A DNA stretch of 64,000 bases from positions 14,179 to 78,178 of the forward strand of contig LGEZ01000006.1 in the NCBI GenBank assembly GCA_001508005.1, read 5' to 3'. The notes beneath the pieces were generated by a model that saw only the letters and a list, made by a program, of their open reading frames with translations, had not been told where the DNA came from and did no database searches. Positions 60,623 to 64,000 of the stretch are shown piece by piece (the first letter of the stretch is position 1; every line of letters starts with the position of its first letter). Source of the DNA: Clostridia bacterium 41_269 (lineage in GTDB: Bacteria; Bacillota; DTU086). Both the position numbers and the translations under genes were made by a program.

Positions 60623-61660
60623 TCAAGCTGTTAACTTTGAAAAGACATATAAAAAAATAATTCTTATTACTGCTGCAGTGGGAACAGCAAGGAGCATACC
60701 TATCAGCCCCAAAATTTTCCCCCCTGCAAGCAGTGCAAAAATAACAACAATGGGATGAATGCCAACACTCTCTCCCAATATGGTGGGCGATAAAATATTG
60801 TTTTCTATCTGCTGAATTATAACTATCAGAATCAGGACATAGAGAGCCATCAACTTAGATTTTAAAAATGCAAGGATTAATGCAGGAATAGAACCTATAA
60901 TAGGACCAAAATAGGGAATAATCTCACTAATACCAGCAATTAAACTTAAAAGAAGCACATAATCCATTCCTATTAATGTCAAACCTACAGCAGTCAAAAT
61001 CCCCACAATAAAAGCAACAATTAAATGTCCCTTAATAAAACTAATTAAAACCCTATCTATTTCACTCCATAAGGAAATAACTTCTTCCCTAATTTGTACA
61101 GGAAAAATAAGCTGTATTTTTTCACCTAAAACCTGCCAATCTTTCAAAAAATAAAACGCCAATATCGGTGCAAGAACAATACTTAAAATGCTGGAAAATA
61201 CACTTAATATTGCGTTGATCAACTGCCTAATTCCCCTAATTATTAGGGCTTCTGCATTTCTTATTCCTTCATCAATAACCTGTCTTATGCCATCAGAAAC
61301 CGCAATATCTTGAAAATTATTATAGAGTTTTTGGGTGTATTTCTGTATTTCAACAGTTAGAACCGGAATCATATCAGCAAGGGTACTAAGCTCTTGAGTA
61401 ATTATTGGAATACCATAGAAAAAAAGCAGCATTACAAAAACCAAACCTGCTGCGTATATTAATAAAATAGCTATAAGTCTGGAAAAATTAAAATACCGCT
61501 CTAAAATTACAACCACGGGATTCAATATATATGCCAAAATAACAGCAAATATAAAAGGAAAAAATATTCCTCTAACCATATATAAAAAGTAAAGTCCTAG
61601 CAGGAAAATTAATCCAGCCAGAACAAACTTTAAAACCTTTAAATTAAAATACATCTTCAT
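60623..61660 (-). CDS. AI-2E family transporter (PerM/UPF0118, YrrI-like)
   Basis: Polytopic membrane protein with the ISEIIPYFGPIIGSIPA family motif. The ATG at 61660 (MKMYFNLK...) avoids overlap with the upstream gene; the track ORF starts at 61729. Confidence 0.8.
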   Translation of the reverse strand: MKMYFNLKVLKFVLAGLIFLLGLYFLYMVRGIFFPFIFAVILAYILNPVVVILERYFNFSRLIAILLIYAAGLVFVMLLFFYGIPIITQELSTLADMIPVLTVEIQKYTQKLYNNFQDIAVSDGIRQVIDEGIRNAEALIIRGIRQLINAILSVFSSILSIVLAPILAFYFLKDWQVLGEKIQLIFPVQIREEVISLWSEIDRVLISFIKGHLIVAFIVGILTAVGLTLIGMDYVLLLSLIAGISEIIPYFGPIIGSIPALILAFLKSKLMALYVLILIVIIQQIENNILSPTILGESVGIHPIVVIFALLAGGKILGLIGMLLAVPTAAVIRIIFLYVFSKLTA

Positions 61661-61697
61661 TTTTAACACTTCCAAAAAACTTCTTTCTCTTAACAGC

Positions 61698-61916
61698 CTA
61701 CCTTCTAAATATGGTACGCATACCCTCACGCATACCCAATGCTGCTCTCCTTGTATTACGTCTTACCATCCGGGAGCCTCCAACCACTATTCTTCTAACA
61801 ACAGGATCTGCAGTAGACAGAGCTTTTCTCCTTAACTTTGGGCTAAAAAACAGAACTAAAACTATCCCTAAAACACTACCTGCCAACAAACCATTCCAAA
61901 ATCTGCTGGTAAACAA
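61698..61916 (-). CDS. Small YtxH-like membrane-anchored protein
   Basis: FWNGLLAGSVLGIVLVLFFSPKLRRK pattern. The TTG at 61916 lies 8 nt after GGAAGGAG. The longer track ORF (to 61982) overlaps the Zn-ribbon ORF in another frame. Confidence 0.45.
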   Translation of the reverse strand: MFTSRFWNGLLAGSVLGIVLVLFFSPKLRRKALSTADPVVRRIVVGGSRMVRRNTRRAALGMREGMRTIFRR

Positions 61917-61947
61917 AATTATCGCTCCTTCCAAAATTAATTTCTGT

Positions 61948-62106
61948 TCAGAGTGTAAGCTCCGTAAGTGTCCCATCTTCATTTATCTCAAATATTTTTC
62001 TTTGGGAATTAAATTCCACAAAACAATCCGAACAAAAAAATTGGTCATTTCCAACTTTTCCAATTTGCTTTCCTCCACAAAGGGGACATATATTCAATAC
62101 AATCAC
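61948..62106 (-). CDS. Unlisted 52-aa zinc-ribbon protein
   Basis: Below the ORF-track size cut-off. Reads VIVLNICPLCGGKQIGKVGNDQFFCSDCFVEFNSQRKIFEINEDGTLTELTL*. The GTG start overlaps the upstream TGA (GTGA) and GGAGGGG lies just upstream. Confidence 0.4.
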   Translation of the reverse strand: MIVLNICPLCGGKQIGKVGNDQFFCSDCFVEFNSQRKIFEINEDGTLTELTL

Positions 62107-62624
62107 TTCCCCTCCAAATTTACAGTATCATTTAATAACAAAGCATCTTTTCCAAAAACTTTGATATCCTCAACAGATATAAATTTTCTTCCATTATAGA
62201 GGTCACTTACAATACCCAATGAAAGCTCTATTCCTTCTAATTTCCCGTCAGGTACATTAAAATATAAATCTTCCAAAGTTCCCAACAGTTTTCCCGAGCC
62301 ATCTACAACCTTTAACCCCCAAAGCTTCTTTACCGAATTTTCCTTAAGTTTCTTTTTACCGTCTTTAACTTCGCTTAATAAAACAATTTCAGCATTTAAA
62401 CTTAATAATATGACATCACTAAACTCTTTTATAAAACCAAAATCAATCCAAAGCGATGAAAAGGGCTGATTCTTATTGGAAACTAATAGGGCAACCGCCT
62501 TTCGTTCACCGGGATCGAAAATTATATCCTTAACTCTTCCCAATTCTTCAGCTTTTTCAGAATCAATAACCACCGCATTAAGAATGTCTTTACACTTAAG
62601 CAAATGTAATCTCCATTCCAGCAT
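62103..62624 (-). CDS. PRC-barrel domain protein (two PRC-like repeats)
   Basis: [25 protein letters not shown] and LWGLKVVDGSGKLLGTLEDLYFN. The first 18 codons of the track ORF are the mnmA terminator hairpin, so the start is more likely the ATG at 62624 or the TTG at 62603. Confidence 0.55.
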   Translation of the reverse strand: MLEWRLHLLKCKDILNAVVIDSEKAEELGRVKDIIFDPGERKAVALLVSNKNQPFSSLWIDFGFIKEFSDVILLSLNAEIVLLSEVKDGKKKLKENSVKKLWGLKVVDGSGKLLGTLEDLYFNVPDGKLEGIELSLGIVSDLYNGRKFISVEDIKVFGKDALLLNDTVNLEGK

Positions 62625-62648
62625 TCTTCTATTATTATTGACAGTATC

Positions 62649-62678
62649 AAAATAAAAAATGCGTGCTTCCGCACGCAT
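62649..62678 (-). terminator. Intrinsic terminator after mnmA
   Basis: ATGCGTGC-GGAA-GCACGCAT followed by TTTTTTATTTT on the minus strand. Confidence 0.6.
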
Positions 62679-62698
62679 CCCCTTAAATTAATTAAAAA

Positions 62699-63793
62699 TT
62701 AAACTCTCTTTTCTATGGTGCCTCCTCCAACAACAATGTCGCCATCGTAATAAACTGCAGCCTGCCCTGGAGTTATTGCCCAGTGGGGTTCATCAAAAAC
62801 AACTTTAACTCTGTCTTTACCAAGGGGATATATTGTTGCTGGGGCTTCTGGTGTTTTGTATCGAACTTTTACTTTAACCCGCAGTTCCTCTTTCAGCTCA
62901 TCAAAAGGAATAAAGTTATTATCCCTAACTATAAATTCTCTGTGAAAAACATCCTCTCTTTTCCCAACAATGACAGCATTTTTTTCTACATCAATATCTA
63001 TAACATAAACAGGATATCCTAAAGCAAGGCCTAGTCCCTTTCTTTGACCTATTGTATAAAAGGGTATCCCATCATGCTGTCCCAAAACATTCCCCTTTTT
63101 ATCTAGAAAAGGGCCGGGCTTAATCTGACTGTCAGCTCTTTCCTTTATAAATCTCCTATAATTATTATCAGTAACAAAACATATTTCCTGGCTCTCCGGT
63201 TTTTCTGAAACCGGCAGACCAAGCTCCCTGGCAATTTCACGAACTTGTTCCTTGGTATATTCTCCTAAAGGAAATATAGTTCTGGACATTTGTTCTTGAG
63301 TTAAACCATACAGCACATATGATTGATCTTTATCTTTATCTACAGCTTTACATAATAAAAACCTTTTCCTCTCGCTATCAAACTTCACCAGCGCATAATG
63401 TCCTGTTGCTATAAATTCCATACCAAGCATCTTTGCCCTTAAAAGAAATGTTTCGAATTTTATTCTTCTATTACAAACAACACAGGGATTAGGCGTTCTT
63501 CCCTGCAGATATTCATCTATAAAATTTCTTATAACCTTATTTTCAAATTCACTACGAAAATTCATTACATAATGAGGAATATCAAGAATTTCTGCTACTC
63601 GACGGGCATCTTCAACAGCAGAAAGAGAACAGCATGTTTTTTCATTACCCTCATCATCAATCTCCCGAGGCCATATCTGCATGGTAACCCCAACAACTTC
63701 ATATCCCCAATCTTTTAATAAAGCAGCGGCTACTGAGCTGTCCACTCCTCCGCTCATTGCCACAAGCACTTTTTTATTTCCCTTTCTGCCCAA
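62699..63793 (-). CDS. mnmA: tRNA 2-thiouridine(34) synthase MnmA
   Basis: 364 aa: VLVAMSGGVDSSVAA (PP-loop), TPNPCVVCNRRIKF, KDQSYVLY. Confidence 0.95.
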   Translation of the reverse strand: MGRKGNKKVLVAMSGGVDSSVAAALLKDWGYEVVGVTMQIWPREIDDEGNEKTCCSLSAVEDARRVAEILDIPHYVMNFRSEFENKVIRNFIDEYLQGRTPNPCVVCNRRIKFETFLLRAKMLGMEFIATGHYALVKFDSERKRFLLCKAVDKDKDQSYVLYGLTQEQMSRTIFPLGEYTKEQVREIARELGLPVSEKPESQEICFVTDNNYRRFIKERADSQIKPGPFLDKKGNVLGQHDGIPFYTIGQRKGLGLALGYPVYVIDIDVEKNAVIVGKREDVFHREFIVRDNNFIPFDELKEELRVKVKVRYKTPEAPATIYPLGKDRVKVVFDEPHWAITPGQAAVYYDGDIVVGGGTIEKRV

Positions 63794-63808
63794 CTATTCC
63801 ACCTGCTT

Positions 63809-64000
63809 TTAATTTTCTTTCGTTTTTTCTCTATACTGTTCAATAGCCTTTTTAATTGCATCTGCTGCCATTACAGAACAGTGCACTTTAGCTGGAGGAA
63901 GCCCCCCAAGGGCATCAGCAATTTCTTTATTGGTTATTTTTAAAGCCTCATCCAACGTTTTCCCTTTAACCATCTCTGTTGCAATACTGCTGGATGCTAT
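63809..64000 (-). CDS. iscU: IscU/NifU-type Fe-S scaffold protein, C-terminal 63 codons only (5' part outside the window)
   Basis: My translation gives ...[63 protein letters not shown]. LGGLPxxKxHCS is the IscU C-terminal Cys motif. Confidence 0.8.
   Translation of the reverse strand: MASSSIATEMVKGKTLDEALKITNKEIADALGGLPPAKVHCSVMAADAIKKAIEQYREKTKEN

Noticed and set aside
62625-62678. N-terminal 18 codons (MRAEARIFYFDTVNNNRR) of the 191-aa ORF
   Set aside because: ATGCGTGCGGAAGCACGCATTTTTTATTTT is a perfect hairpin plus T-tract right after mnmA, i.e. a terminator rather than coding sequence.

Overview
AT-rich chromosomal window from an endospore-forming Firmicute that looks Clostridia-like. 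Almost every real gene lies on the minus strand; most plus-strand ORFs in the track are antisense shadows. Minus-strand gene order from the high to the low coordinate: iscU(partial)-mnmA; PRC-barrel, small Zn-ribbon and YtxH-like proteins; AI-2E permease; alaS-ireB-(AKR)-ruvX-DUF1292-VanW-mltG-U32; a class B PBP; sigK; (ppa and a SASP on the plus strand); a TPP riboswitch controlling an SSS transporter and an M20 amidohydrolase; an S58 peptidase; yqeG-aroE-merR-aroC-aroK-aroB; a complete type IV pilus cluster (pilB-T-C-A-D, three minor pilins, PilX-like, pilM-N-O); tldD-pmbA-aroQ-pepP; tRNA-Val; an accessory stretch of about 6 kb (FGase-like hydrolase, gene remnant, orphan Dam, Zn-ribbon/FxLYD protein, S1 protease, CBS protein); efp; spoIIIAA-AH; a two-subunit biotin carboxylase (CT+BCCP fusion plus biotin carboxylase); asp23; nusB; a Kae1/TsaD-like protein; and a NuoE/NuoF-type flavin module whose third subunit is a 2Fe-2S/GltD/4Fe-4S/molybdopterin-like fusion running off the left edge. 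I saw no CRISPR array, rRNA, transposase or integrase. Four things stand out. (1) A clear TPP riboswitch with terminator sits upstream of the SSS transporter and a YlmB-like M20 enzyme. (2) At least eight reading-frame disruptions hit otherwise well-conserved genes (sigK, spoIIIAE, spoIIIAF, mltG three times, a CBS gene, pilB). Most fall in homopolymer runs, so they are either assembly errors or genuine decay. (3) There is a set of perfect 9-17 bp tandem duplications. One of them knocks out pilB, and another nearly identical in sequence lies upstream of tRNA-Val. (4) The NuoEF + GltD-fusion operon may be an electron-bifurcating module. All calls rest on reading the sequence and remembered family motifs; no searches were run.
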